64,000 nucleotides of DNA from an uncultured virus (IMG/VR IMGVR_UViG_3300013123_000002) (Duplodnaviria > Heunggongvirae > Uroviricota > Caudoviricetes): the IMG/VR virus record IMGVR_UViG_3300013123_000002; one strand, 5' to 3'. The first letter of the stretch is position 1, and each line of letters opens with the position of its first letter. Under the pieces are notes generated by a model, which saw only the letters and a program-made list of their open reading frames with translations, ran no database searches and had not been told where the DNA came from. Position numbers and translations under genes: made by a program. This document shows, piece by piece, positions 28,134 to 39,900 of the stretch.

Positions 28134-29246
28134 TTAATTTATGATCACAGTGTTGTGACTGTTAGTTATTGTGTAATTTGCATAGTCCGCGTACTGCTCA
28201 GTCTTAGTAAAGCTGAAAGATGAATCTTTCGGCGCGATCTGCGCATTTGCTACGCTGTTTTGGTTTCCGAACCTAACAAAGTAGGCACTTCCTGTTCCAG
28301 CAGCAGCGACTGCTGCTACGTCTGTTGTCGGGATCGTTCCCCAAACCGAGCTGTTTATGTGGCCTCTCTTGTACGTGCTAAGGTTAGAGTTAGCACCGCA
28401 AATAACGTTTATACCGTTTGAAAGACCTGAATTTGAGATAGCAGGAAGGAGAGAGTAATCTACTTCTGTCATATCGTACAAGTACACTCTGTTAAGAATA
28501 ACGGTAAACGTTTGCCCAACTGCTGGCCTATCGCTAGTCGATTCGTGAAGAAGCAGCCAGATGGAATTTCCGTAGTTGGTGTAACCGCTCGGGAAGATTA
28601 GGTCCACGTATATGAACTGCGGGTCTGTCTTCGATAGGGTCAGTTTTGAGTAGGTGTAGCTGAGATCTCCAGCAGCGGTTAAGGTTACCTGCTTTGGAGA
28701 AAAAGCTCCTCCGACATTTGAGTAACTCTGCGTGATAGCTTGCTTTGGAATTTCAACCTCTCCGTACAACCTCGACTTGATCGGGGTTGTAGAATCTCCG
28801 ACGTAAAGACCTCTATCTGCTGCTCCACCTGTCGTTGGGTAAGTTATTGGCAGGTTTCCAGCGGTAGTGCCAATGACTATCGTCGGTACGGCTATTTTTG
28901 ATCCAGCAGCAGTTGCATTGAACGCTTTGGTCATTGTAAAATTATCGGCCAAAAGAGTAGAAACTCCGGCTGCTTGGGTTAAACTAGCGATCGTAGCTGC
29001 GCCTGGCGTGGTGCCAGCTTTAAAAACGACGCTGTTGGAAACGACCAAGTCCTGAGTGAACACTTTGTTGACCGGTGTGTCAACCCCGATGTACTTGTTA
29101 ATGAGGTCGATCTCCAGGTCGTTTATCAGACTCTCAATTGAACTTTTGAACAGGGTGTTGTTCGCGTTAATTATGAGCCTCATGTCTGACACAAAGGTCG
29201 TCTCCAAGATCGGAGTTATCGCTAGTGTAGTTTCGCTAAAAGCCAT
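28134..29246 (-). CDS. Putative virion structural/fibre protein (370 aa)
   Basis: Ala/Thr/Gly-rich beta character; late promoter upstream. Confidence 0.55.
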   Translation of the reverse strand: MAFSETTLAITPILETTFVSDMRLIINANNTLFKSSIESLINDLEIDLINKYIGVDTPVNKVFTQDLVVSNSVVFKAGTTPGAATIASLTQAAGVSTLLADNFTMTKAFNATAAGSKIAVPTIVIGTTAGNLPITYPTTGGAADRGLYVGDSTTPIKSRLYGEVEIPKQAITQSYSNVGGAFSPKQVTLTAAGDLSYTYSKLTLSKTDPQFIYVDLIFPSGYTNYGNSIWLLLHESTSDRPAVGQTFTVILNRVYLYDMTEVDYSLLPAISNSGLSNGINVICGANSNLSTYKRGHINSSVWGTIPTTDVAAVAAAGTGSAYFVRFGNQNSVANAQIAPKDSSFSFTKTEQYADYANYTITNSHNTVIIN

Positions 29247-29266
29247 TTTGGTTGTTCTTTTTTGGT

Positions 29267-29274
29267 TATTTATT
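29267..29274 (-). promoter_or_regulatory. Late promoter (AATAAATA)
   Basis: Motif 20 nt upstream of ATG 29246. Confidence 0.65.
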
Positions 29275-29282
29275 CCGATTTT

Positions 29283-32200
29283 TTATCGGCGTGTCATTTC
29301 GAATTTTCTGTCGTTCAACTGCTTTTCCACGTACTTAGAATAGTCGTCAATTGTCATTGACGAGACTGCATCTATCTCTGCGGTAACCTCGTAAACGTTT
29401 CCTCGAGTGTCCATCGTTTTTGCAACGATCTTGTACCTTCCAGCTGAATCGAACCTCCATATAAAGTACGAGGTTGTCTTAACTTTAGCAACTTCAACCG
29501 AATCTTTCGTTAGGGTCCATTCGGTCTCGATGTTAGACGGTAAGTTGGATATTATTATGAACACTGGATGGTGCAAAGGCACTATCATAGTGTTGTAAGT
29601 AGCTCTAACGTTAGTTGTGCTTAGCGAATTTTGATCAAATTCTGACGGCAGAAATCCTGTCTGTTCTCCTAGATCGTTATCGTAAACTACGAAACCGCCA
29701 TCAATCCAATACCTTATGTCGGATGCCGTTGCTGCTTTGTGATCACTTAACGAGATCAATGTATCTGCGAATGGACAGTTTAGGAAAAGAAGGTCTTCAT
29801 CTATCTGAACATTTGCTTGTAACAGAGTGGATTGAACCGAAACTAGAGTAGTCGCGTCGAACACGTACTCTGGTTTTTCGAAAGTGTATACTGATTTGAC
29901 GACAGCTAGGTCGAAAGAATCGAAGTTGTCGACCGCGTTTATCAGATCGACGTCTATCTCTACTTGGTAGTCTGATAGAGTCACTACGAAACCTTCCGCG
30001 TACCCGCCGCTCGAATTTCTTATTCTTACTCTATCTCCCAACTGAAGAGTTGTGTTGGAGTAGATAGTAGGAAACATCCAACTTGATGGGCTAGGCCACA
30101 GGAGTCCGGATGGGTTTGGCCACAGTGGGTCGAGCTCGTCAGGCCAGCTAGACGGACCTCCCCATATTGGACCTGAAGGTCCAGGGTACCAACCAGATGG
30201 GCCAACCCATATCAAACCGTCATCGTCGATCCAGTACGGGCCGCCTGATGGGTAATCGTAAAACGGACCTGACGGACCGTAGTACCATGGGCCAGACGGT
30301 CCTACCCAGAAAGGTCCGGATGGCCCGACCATTGCCGCTTGAAACAGCGTGCATATTCCCAATTTTATAGTCTTGTCGGATATGTCTAAATCTATCGAAC
30401 TTGGCAAGTAAGGCAGAGCATCAAAAACGCCAGAAAGAGTGTACTCAAACTTTAGTATGGAATGGTTCTTCTTGTCCTGGAACTTTGACGTGGCTTTTAC
30501 GCGATTTCCTACTACTTGGTAACGGTACTCCTTCCAACCAGGAAGATTGGCTGTTTCCATGTAAGTGACAAAATCTTGCGGAGTTGAGATGAGCATGAAG
30601 AATTCTACTTCGGAAAATCCACCGAACTGGATCCTGGTTAGGTAGGAAGCCGGCGTGTCCATGTAAAGATTATCAAAATCTATGTAGAAACCGTCCATTA
30701 AGTCGCCAACGTATCCCATTTCTGAAAAAGTGACGTACTTCAAATCGCGGATCGCGGCGGTCGAGTAGTCGGATAGTGTCGGTTGTCCGTTTGCTGAACC
30801 TGTTCCCCACCGGTTCTTTGCCGGTTGAGCTGAATTTTCGTAAGTTTCGTAACCTGCCAAAGGATTGTATATCTGAACCTCTGTTTGAGGGCTTCCGACT
30901 CCGTATTTTTGCGAGTAAGTGTACCAATCTAAGTAGTGAGAAGTGACGTCAGATATTGGAGCATTGTCCCCGTTTAAGTTTATCACAGCTGCGTACGGAA
31001 AGTAAAGTGGGCTGTTTCCTAGATCCTCAACCGTTACGTTGCTCAAGTTCTTAAAATCGTACTTTGATTTATCCTGAATTTTGACGAACGCTTCGAGAAC
31101 TGGTTCTTCTCCCATGACGGTTATCTTCCTACTTTCTGTAGAAGTTCCACCGTGCATGTCGTGAACTTTTAAAGTTATCGTGTACTCGCCGGAATACGGT
31201 AACATGTGAGGTATCTTATGAACGTTTGCAACCTTATCCCTCCACTCAAAGTAGTAATTCTGAGGACCTTCAATGATCCATTCAATCTCGTAAGCGTTCT
31301 TGTACCTCAAGAAACCAACTGTGTAGTGAGAATCGACCAAGTTAACTGTCCACCCAGTGCTGGTAGCACTTCCAACAGCAGTATCAACACTAACCTTTAT
31401 AGTAGTAGGTGGGTAACCTATCGGAGCAATTTCCGTAACCGTTCCTATCATGTACAGGGATTGGTTTATCGAAACTGTGATCTTTACTCTTGATCCAACA
31501 TTGAATGATTGAATCGTCGCACACGAAAAATACTTTGTGCCGGTAGTTATAGTGTTTAAGGTTGACGAAGTGGTAGCTTCGCTAAGTATGAAGTCTTCAA
31601 ATGTTATTCCATCCAACTGCTTGATCATCAAGTCAGTTATGTAAGCTTCCAGAATTATAGGACACCCGATCTTTAAAAGAGTGTCATCTCCTGGTTCCAA
31701 CGGATTAGTCTCGCCAATGTGGTAGAACTCGTAGTTCGTTAAACTTTCGTAGTACCCATCTACCGCATCGATAAGGTAATCTATCTGATCGCTAGCGTAC
31801 TTCTGTTCGTCCTGGTAAGGTTCTATCTGTCCGAGGTTAAAAGTTACTATTGGAAACTCAGAGGTTCCGTCAAGCTTAGGGTAAAGCGGACGTAAGTCTC
31901 TGATCTTCAACTGAGTTGAAGAAGTGTTAGGCGAAAGTAAGTGTATTGAGTAATCATCGTTTATATCGGTTGATTCGATAAAGGTTGTGTCTGTCCAATT
32001 TCGCAAGTTAAACTTTGAAAAATATATGAACTCTCCGATTATATCCTTTATGACAACGTTTACTGGAAGAATTTCTTGCTTTAATTTTCGTCCGACTCCG
32101 TGCAGCTTGAAGAATATTTCCTCGACCGTGAAATTTGTAGTGGACTCCACCTCTGGCAATCCGTCCTCATCGAACGTATCGCTGGGAACGGTAAACGCGT

Positions 32201-33104
32201 AGGTGAGAGCTAAAAATTCGGTCTTCTTAAACTTTCCGCCATTCTTTATCTGACCGTTGAGATCAACAAAATTCACTTGAGCTGCATCTCCGACAGTCAT
32301 TAGGTCAGTAACGTCCACCATCGCGTAATTCTGGTAGTACAACGAATTTGGGTCGACGTCCTGCCAGTATTCTTTTACTCTAAGAACGTCACGGTAGCCC
32401 AAAAGGTTGATGAGGTTCACTAGACCCTTGTAGGTTCCAACGTAAGGATAGACTTGATCTATCGTAACAAGCATGCTCTTTCTAGCAGCGTTTATCTGAG
32501 ACCAGTCAGGGAGACCTTCTTTTAGGTCATATTCCTTTAGGAGCAAAGCGTCCTCACGGTTAAATTTTATTCCGAAGTTTTCCAACCATACTCTGTAACG
32601 TTCATCCTCGTCCTCTCCTTCCCCATAGAAGGTCAACTCCAACACTTTGGTCGAAGTAGATCCTACCACGTAATAGATTTCCATGACCCTAGTGTACGAC
32701 CTCTCCTCGCTTGGAGTGAAGGCCACGTTCACTTGCATTGGGTAAGTTAAGTCAAGAGTTCCAACCTGACCAAAATCGCTGTGATTTATAGTGATGGAAT
32801 CCTGCTTGTGAATGTACGGCGGATCATCTGAATGAACACCCTCTCTTTGAACAGTGAATAGGAACAGGTTTAGCTTAGCGTCCTGATTTACCCATTTTAT
32901 TTCGAACCACGATCCGACTTCCATAGTTGGGTACTTGTAAACACCTGGAGCTGTGTTCTCTAGGATGAATACGTTCGACACGTCGAACAGGGCTAATGAC
33001 ACTGGCAAAAAATAGTCAGCGCCTTCCCAATATCCACCTGCGTTCAAGGAAAGGTTGTACGATTCACCGTTCTTATCGAAAAAAACTAGGTTGTTGACGT
33101 TCAT
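29283..33104 (-). CDS. Putative baseplate wedge-like protein with PKD/Ig-like domains and a GPSG-aromatic repeat (1273 aa)
   Basis: YVGTYKGLVNLINLLGY recalls baseplate wedge motifs; PKD-like SGEYTITLKVHD; low-complexity GPSG repeat at 30078-30332. Confidence 0.45.
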   Translation of the reverse strand: MNVNNLVFFDKNGESYNLSLNAGGYWEGADYFLPVSLALFDVSNVFILENTAPGVYKYPTMEVGSWFEIKWVNQDAKLNLFLFTVQREGVHSDDPPYIHKQDSITINHSDFGQVGTLDLTYPMQVNVAFTPSEERSYTRVMEIYYVVGSTSTKVLELTFYGEGEDEDERYRVWLENFGIKFNREDALLLKEYDLKEGLPDWSQINAARKSMLVTIDQVYPYVGTYKGLVNLINLLGYRDVLRVKEYWQDVDPNSLYYQNYAMVDVTDLMTVGDAAQVNFVDLNGQIKNGGKFKKTEFLALTYAFTVPSDTFDEDGLPEVESTTNFTVEEIFFKLHGVGRKLKQEILPVNVVIKDIIGEFIYFSKFNLRNWTDTTFIESTDINDDYSIHLLSPNTSSTQLKIRDLRPLYPKLDGTSEFPIVTFNLGQIEPYQDEQKYASDQIDYLIDAVDGYYESLTNYEFYHIGETNPLEPGDDTLLKIGCPIILEAYITDLMIKQLDGITFEDFILSEATTSSTLNTITTGTKYFSCATIQSFNVGSRVKITVSINQSLYMIGTVTEIAPIGYPPTTIKVSVDTAVGSATSTGWTVNLVDSHYTVGFLRYKNAYEIEWIIEGPQNYYFEWRDKVANVHKIPHMLPYSGEYTITLKVHDMHGGTSTESRKITVMGEEPVLEAFVKIQDKSKYDFKNLSNVTVEDLGNSPLYFPYAAVINLNGDNAPISDVTSHYLDWYTYSQKYGVGSPQTEVQIYNPLAGYETYENSAQPAKNRWGTGSANGQPTLSDYSTAAIRDLKYVTFSEMGYVGDLMDGFYIDFDNLYMDTPASYLTRIQFGGFSEVEFFMLISTPQDFVTYMETANLPGWKEYRYQVVGNRVKATSKFQDKKNHSILKFEYTLSGVFDALPYLPSSIDLDISDKTIKLGICTLFQAAMVGPSGPFWVGPSGPWYYGPSGPFYDYPSGGPYWIDDDGLIWVGPSGWYPGPSGPIWGGPSSWPDELDPLWPNPSGLLWPSPSSWMFPTIYSNTTLQLGDRVRIRNSSGGYAEGFVVTLSDYQVEIDVDLINAVDNFDSFDLAVVKSVYTFEKPEYVFDATTLVSVQSTLLQANVQIDEDLLFLNCPFADTLISLSDHKAATASDIRYWIDGGFVVYDNDLGEQTGFLPSEFDQNSLSTTNVRATYNTMIVPLHHPVFIIISNLPSNIETEWTLTKDSVEVAKVKTTSYFIWRFDSAGRYKIVAKTMDTRGNVYEVTAEIDAVSSMTIDDYSKYVEKQLNDRKFEMTRR

Positions 33105-33126
33105 GCGGCTAGCGGCACCTTTCGAT

Positions 33127-33134
33127 TATTTATC
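33127..33134 (-). promoter_or_regulatory. Late promoter (GATAAATA)
   Basis: Motif 22 nt upstream of ATG 33104. Confidence 0.7.
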
Positions 33135-33150
33135 ATGCAAATCACAGGTG

Positions 33151-33570
33151 TTAGATCGAAAAGATCTCGCTCTCGCCCGTGAAGTTCAACGACACGAATT
33201 CTATCTTTTCGCCCTTCCCGATGTGCTTGTGTATCTTCTTGTACTCCTTGGCGTACCCATTCTTTACTATCTGCGTGAAGTAAGCGAACGCGTTGTTGGA
33301 TTTTTCCTCGTTAAAATTCTGCCAATACCTCAGCAGATCAAGTATAGCTGACTGAATGCAGTCTTCCTTGTCCAACGGGTTTGTGAAGGTCAATTTTTGG
33401 ATAGCCCTATTGGCTAGAAGGATGAAGTAATCTATTGCCTTAGGAGAAAGTTCTCCAGGTTTGTGCTGGTAACCAGTTTCCTCGTTAAGCAACCCGTACT
33501 TGCATCGTATTATCTCGTTTGTGAATTCCCTGTTGTTTATGTAGAATTTGTTAGCCTTTGCTTTCGACAT
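33151..33570 (-). CDS. gp55: Late-transcription sigma factor, T4 gp55-like
   Basis: FYINNREF, EDCIQSA, NFNEEKSNNAFAYFTQI motifs typical of gp55. Confidence 0.85.
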   Translation of the reverse strand: MSKAKANKFYINNREFTNEIIRCKYGLLNEETGYQHKPGELSPKAIDYFILLANRAIQKLTFTNPLDKEDCIQSAILDLLRYWQNFNEEKSNNAFAYFTQIVKNGYAKEYKKIHKHIGKGEKIEFVSLNFTGESEIFSI

Positions 33571-34240
33571 TTTCAGCTGGTTCTTTTAGAAGTTCATGAA
33601 CCTTAAGTACGGCTAAGTACGAATCGATCAAGTCCATGAACGGAGACTGCACTACAGTCCCTTTGACGATAGTTTCATGATGCTTATTTATCGCACTTAA
33701 CAGTTGGCTGGATGCTGCTAGGGAGGGATTTTCAACGAATGCACGGTAAACATCGTACTTTCCCGCGTTGCCCTTCGCTCCGATAGCGTTCTTCAGCTCT
33801 CCAGGTGAGAAAATAAACACCTTCTCTTCGTGCCCAGCTAAAACTCTGTCCAAAATCGCCTTTCTCATCATGCCGGTTGATTGGCAGATGTCTAGCAAAG
33901 CGTTACCCTTTGCTCCGTAAGATATTCCTTCGATGGCTACGATTACTCTTGGGTCTCCTGCGATTTCTTCGTTTATTTCTGATGCTAACACGTCCACCAA
34001 GTGGGAATAATTCGCCAGCTTGGATCGTTCTATTGCTGAATAGTTTTCTTTTGGCTTTTGCCGAGGGGTCAAGTACACGAAATGCAGGTTTCGGTACTCT
34101 AATTCGATGTCTTCTAAAAATTTACGGTACGATTTGGAGATTGAGGTATTGACACACGCTATCCACTTGAAACTCTTAAAGTCTCTAGAGATGCATACAG
34201 CTGGGAACTGAATCGAAAAATCTATGCCAATAACGATCAA
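33551..34240 (-). CDS. RuvC-like Holliday junction resolvase / RNase H-fold nuclease (TTG start)
   Basis: IGIDFS, AIEGISYG, PGELK..GKGNAGK-type segment and DLIDSY follow the RuvC catalytic pattern. Confidence 0.8.
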   Translation of the reverse strand: MIVIGIDFSIQFPAVCISRDFKSFKWIACVNTSISKSYRKFLEDIELEYRNLHFVYLTPRQKPKENYSAIERSKLANYSHLVDVLASEINEEIAGDPRVIVAIEGISYGAKGNALLDICQSTGMMRKAILDRVLAGHEEKVFIFSPGELKNAIGAKGNAGKYDVYRAFVENPSLAASSQLLSAINKHHETIVKGTVVQSPFMDLIDSYLAVLKVHELLKEPAENVESKG

Positions 34241-34264
34241 TTTTCATGGTAGTGATTTGTCGGT

Positions 34265-34291
34265 ATTCTACACGATTTTTTCACTCGGTTT
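34265..34291 (-). promoter_or_regulatory. Pre-late promoter AAAC-N17-TAGAAT driving ruvC-like and gp55
   Basis: Minus strand aaac-cgagtgaaaaaatcgtg-tagaat. Confidence 0.65.
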
Positions 34292-34293
34292 TG

Positions 34294-34320
34294 AAACCTT
34301 TTGCAGGTGCCTTATAGAAT
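34294..34320 (+). promoter_or_regulatory. Pre-late promoter AAAC-N17-TAGAAT (back-to-back with the minus-strand one)
   Basis: aaac-cttttgcaggtgcctta-tagaat. Confidence 0.6.
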
Positions 34321-34433
34321 AGGGGTGTTGGGTGGGTGTAGATAAAAGAATAAGTCTCTTAGTCTACTTATACTCAATAAGATAATAAATCTGATTCCTA
34401 AGATCTTATTTACCACGGGCGGGCCCGAACCTG

Positions 34434-34461
34434 AAACCAAGTTCACTTTCTGAAGTATAAG
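34434..34461 (+). promoter_or_regulatory. Pre-late promoter AAAC-N18-TATAAG
   Basis: Motif upstream of ATG 34479; the spacer is one base longer than in the other copies. Confidence 0.55.
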
Positions 34462-34478
34462 AAACAAAAATCACAACT

Positions 34479-35225
34479 ATGTTCAGCAGATCTGAAATAG
34501 AAAAATTCCTATTTTTCGACGTAGAAACAGCAGGCAGTGTAGCTTCTGCCAACGAACTATCCGAAAGGATGACTAACCTCTGGTCCCGCAGGTGCGAGTA
34601 CCTGAGATCAATAGATAAACACCCAGAAAACGCGGCGATGTCAGACGATCAGCTTTGGTTAGAAAAGGCTGGCCTTCAGGCAGAGTTCGGAAAGATCGTG
34701 TGCATTTCTTTTGGAAAGGTGAAGTTTCAGGACGATCCTGACCTTCCACCGATCGTTCAGATAGTTTCCTATTCAGGAGATGACGAAAAAGCTATCCTTG
34801 TTCAAGCGACTAAGGTGTTCAACGGAATGTATAAGAACAAAGTCGTGCCGTTCGGTCACAACATCAAACGGTTCGACATTCCGTACATCTGCAAGAGAGC
34901 TTTCATTCACGGAATGGAACCGCCTGTGCCTCTTCAGGTTTGGGATAAGAAACCGTGGGAGATCGACGTTAAGGATTCTTCCGAACTGTGGAGCTTCGGC
35001 GCATGGCAGGAAGGGTTTACTTCGTTGAACCTTCTGTCAGCAGTGTTCGACCTTCCTTCTCCGAAGGACGAGATGGCAGGCGATCAAGTTCACTCAGAGT
35101 ATTACGCAGGCAACATCGGAGACATCCAAAAGTACTGCAACAAGGACGTTATCGCTCTAGTTCGCATAGTTTTTGCTCTTAGCAAGCTAAACCAGTTCGA
35201 AGAGTCAGATATAATTTACAAGTAA
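34479..35225 (+). CDS. Stand-alone DEDD 3'-5' exonuclease (PolB-exo-like, Bacteroidota-type)
   Basis: ExoI FDVET, ExoII GHNIKRFD, ExoIII YCNKD, plus AEFGKIVCIS and KKPWE. Confidence 0.85.
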   Translation: MFSRSEIEKFLFFDVETAGSVASANELSERMTNLWSRRCEYLRSIDKHPENAAMSDDQLWLEKAGLQAEFGKIVCISFGKVKFQDDPDLPPIVQIVSYSGDDEKAILVQATKVFNGMYKNKVVPFGHNIKRFDIPYICKRAFIHGMEPPVPLQVWDKKPWEIDVKDSSELWSFGAWQEGFTSLNLLSAVFDLPSPKDEMAGDQVHSEYYAGNIGDIQKYCNKDVIALVRIVFALSKLNQFEESDIIYK

Positions 35226-35245
35226 GTGAACCATTCACGCTCTAA

Positions 35246-36871
<1,626 letters not shown>

Positions 36872-36887
36872 GTCAACAGCCATCGAC

Positions 36888-36930
36888 AAGTAGTGCCTGG
36901 GCGAGCAACCGTTCCAGGCACTTGCTTTTT
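36888..36930 (+). terminator. Rho-independent terminator after groEL
   Basis: agtgcctgg/ccaggcact stem followed by a T run. Confidence 0.75.
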
Positions 36931-36969
36931 AGGGGCGATCGATAGATAAAATAAACGATATTTTGCTGG

Positions 36970-39900
36970 ATGGAACTTTCTGACTACAAGAGCCTGATAG
37001 ATGCGGTAAGGTGTGGGTCAGCTCCGAGCTTGGGATTCACAGACGAAGAGTTCGACCGAGTAAAAGCTTGCATAGACCAGGTTAAACCGATCGAAACGAT
37101 CGACGTCTCGTCAGACCTTAGCATAGATACCTCTCAGATGGATTGTCTTCCGTCTGCTATTTTGGAACTTCAAAAGATGCTAGAGGACCAGCAAGGAAAG
37201 CTGCTTGACGGAATGAAGCAAGGGATCCTACGAGCAAAGGTTCAGGAGCTTAGAGACAACTTAGACACGGTCAAAATTTACTACGAAGCTAGACACAGGT
37301 TCCTGGGAGAAGTCATCGACACTTTAGTAAAAGAAGGCATAGCAAAAGCTAACCAAAAGATACAATCCATAGAAGCGCTTCCTACCTCTGACGCAGAAAC
37401 GGCTAACCTCATTCAATCTACAACTACTCAGATAACTGGTCAGCTGATCGCGTACTTTTCCAACCAAGCGACTCAATTCGTTCCTAGCAGAGCAGCAACG
37501 TTTGCTCTTCGGCTCATCGGGTTGAACGGAGTAACAGTAAAACTGCCTGACCCAGAAACCAACCAGTTGGTAGAAACTACCGTTCAGATATTCGACAGTC
37601 CGTTTCTCACAAAGGATTTATTTGGAGTCAAGAGAATTTTTAGCTTAGTTAACCAGGATGCTTACGATCCCAACAAATCAAGCAATCCGCCAAAGGAAAT
37701 ATCAGATTACGATAGTCTGCCAGGCTTTTTGTACAACGGAAATTCACCTGACATTTACCCAGGCTTGTACAGAAAGATGGCTAAACCATTATCCTACCTT
37801 TTCACATTGGAGGAACGCGGGTTGACTGTGGACGAAAGCTTAATAGATCCTCAGCTAAAGGAAATAAAGGACGCTCCGACCACGGTAAGTGAAGGAGAGA
37901 CAACCTATTACATTCAAAACCAAGCGACGTACGAAGCTTTTTACGATAGCTTGAAAGATGAGTACCCTAAGCGAGTAAAGAAGGAAAAGGAAGAAGTTTA
38001 TCCTAACATCATTCAGTCAAGCAGTCAGGCTATCCAATCTTTAGCCATACGGGAAGCAGCTGACGTCTTTAGAAAATCTCCAAACATGGGGAGCACCGTC
38101 ATACTGACTTTTTATGCCAATGCTAGGTCTGAGGTGGAACAGCTCATATCAGATTGCGATGATCAGCTAAAAAAGCTAGACACTCTCATCAAGGAAAATG
38201 TCATGGATGAGGAAGCTACTAAAAAGAAGATCCTTGGCATACCGTGTTTCACAAAAGCAGGAACAATAGTTCCAGAATCAGATCCAGGTTGTGAAGAAGA
38301 CACTAAGAAAAAACTAGGAACTGACCCGCTGTACCTTAGAACGCTTGGAGAGATAAACTTCGGTTTACCTGACATAGGTTCACAGTGTTACTGGAAGGAA
38401 TTTGCAAAGGCTCTGAACAAAATTTGCCTCTTACCATTTCCGGATCTAAGCGGACCTCCACCTGCAAATTTGGGATTTAGGTACTGGCCAGTTAACTGCG
38501 TTATTCCGGCAGGGCCAGCGTTGGTTCTTTTAACCATACCACCTATCTGGAAACCTCTGTTTGTAATACCAACAGCAGTTGGCACTCTGATCTGTTTCCT
38601 AACGATGCCTATCGCTCCAATAGGCATCCCTCTGCCGTCAATCTATTTGTTTTACTTTGCGCCGGACGGTACGAAGTACTTGCCGTTAGCGGTAAACATT
38701 CCTTTGCTTTGGAGCAACACTAAGAACTTAGTGTTCGGGTACGAATTGGACACATCTTCGAACTCTCAAAACCCATTGGGTCTGAACCCTAGTAATTCTT
38801 ACAAAGGTTACCCAATAAAGGGTGCATTCACTCAGCCGTTAGCGATATCTGCCGCATCTTCCAAAGCGACTCGACTCGCGAAACTAGCGATCGACATAGC
38901 GAGCGGAAAACAACCGACCGTCACCAACATAAACGGTGAACAACTTCCGTTCGACATGAGTAGCGAAGATTACTCAAAGTATTACTTAAGCGAGACGGAG
39001 ATGATGAAAAACATCGTGGATGCAGATCCGTCAAAAGAATTCGACCGACAGTTAGATCGACTTAAAGCCACGTTGAATAAGCAGCTTGATAAGTTAGGCA
39101 ACATGCAAACTGAGTCGGTGAACAATCTTCGCGAGGAACAGAGAAACGCTAGGTCGGAAGCCCTTACCGAAGCAGAAACGGAAAAGAACCTAGCCAAGAA
39201 GAGAAAAGATAAGAAAGCAGCTAGGGCACTGAACACCATAACGATACAGCAGAAGATAAATTCAACAGTCGATGATTTTAACAAGCACATTGATAACATA
39301 AAATTCGGAACGATACGTTTTCCGAAGGATTCAACGAAGAACAATCCTGGAATACCCGAAGCTATCACAGCTGTGATCGACCTGATAACTATGGCATCCT
39401 TAGGTGACTTTAAAGTTGAGGAAAGTGCTAAGAGTTTAAACGCCCAGATGAAAAAAGCTGTTGCCAAGATAAACATGAACGAGGCAGTAACCAAACAGTC
39501 GTTTAACTTGGAATTGCAGGAAGATCTGGATGAGCTAAAGGATTCGCTGAACAACATGGTTCAGGAAACGATAAAGTACTTAAAGGGCGACCCGGTAAAC
39601 TTCGATCTTTCTCAAGCGAAGGACGATGATGAAGCAAAGGAAATGATGATAGCTAACCGTAACCTTCAGGAATTAGCTAGAGACGCTTTAGCTTTTACAG
39701 CGGTTGCTCTTCTAAACCCGCCGAAGATAACCTTGTTCAATTTTTCAAAGAAGTGTTGCGAAATTTCGTCGCAGCCAGTTTTTTCTGGCGTTCCGCCTGA
39801 AGTAGCAATGGCATTCGCAGTTCTTTCTGCTCTGATGCAAGCAATCATTGATGGGTTGACGGTTGACAGCATAATTGGATTTTTAGGAATATCTGGAAAG

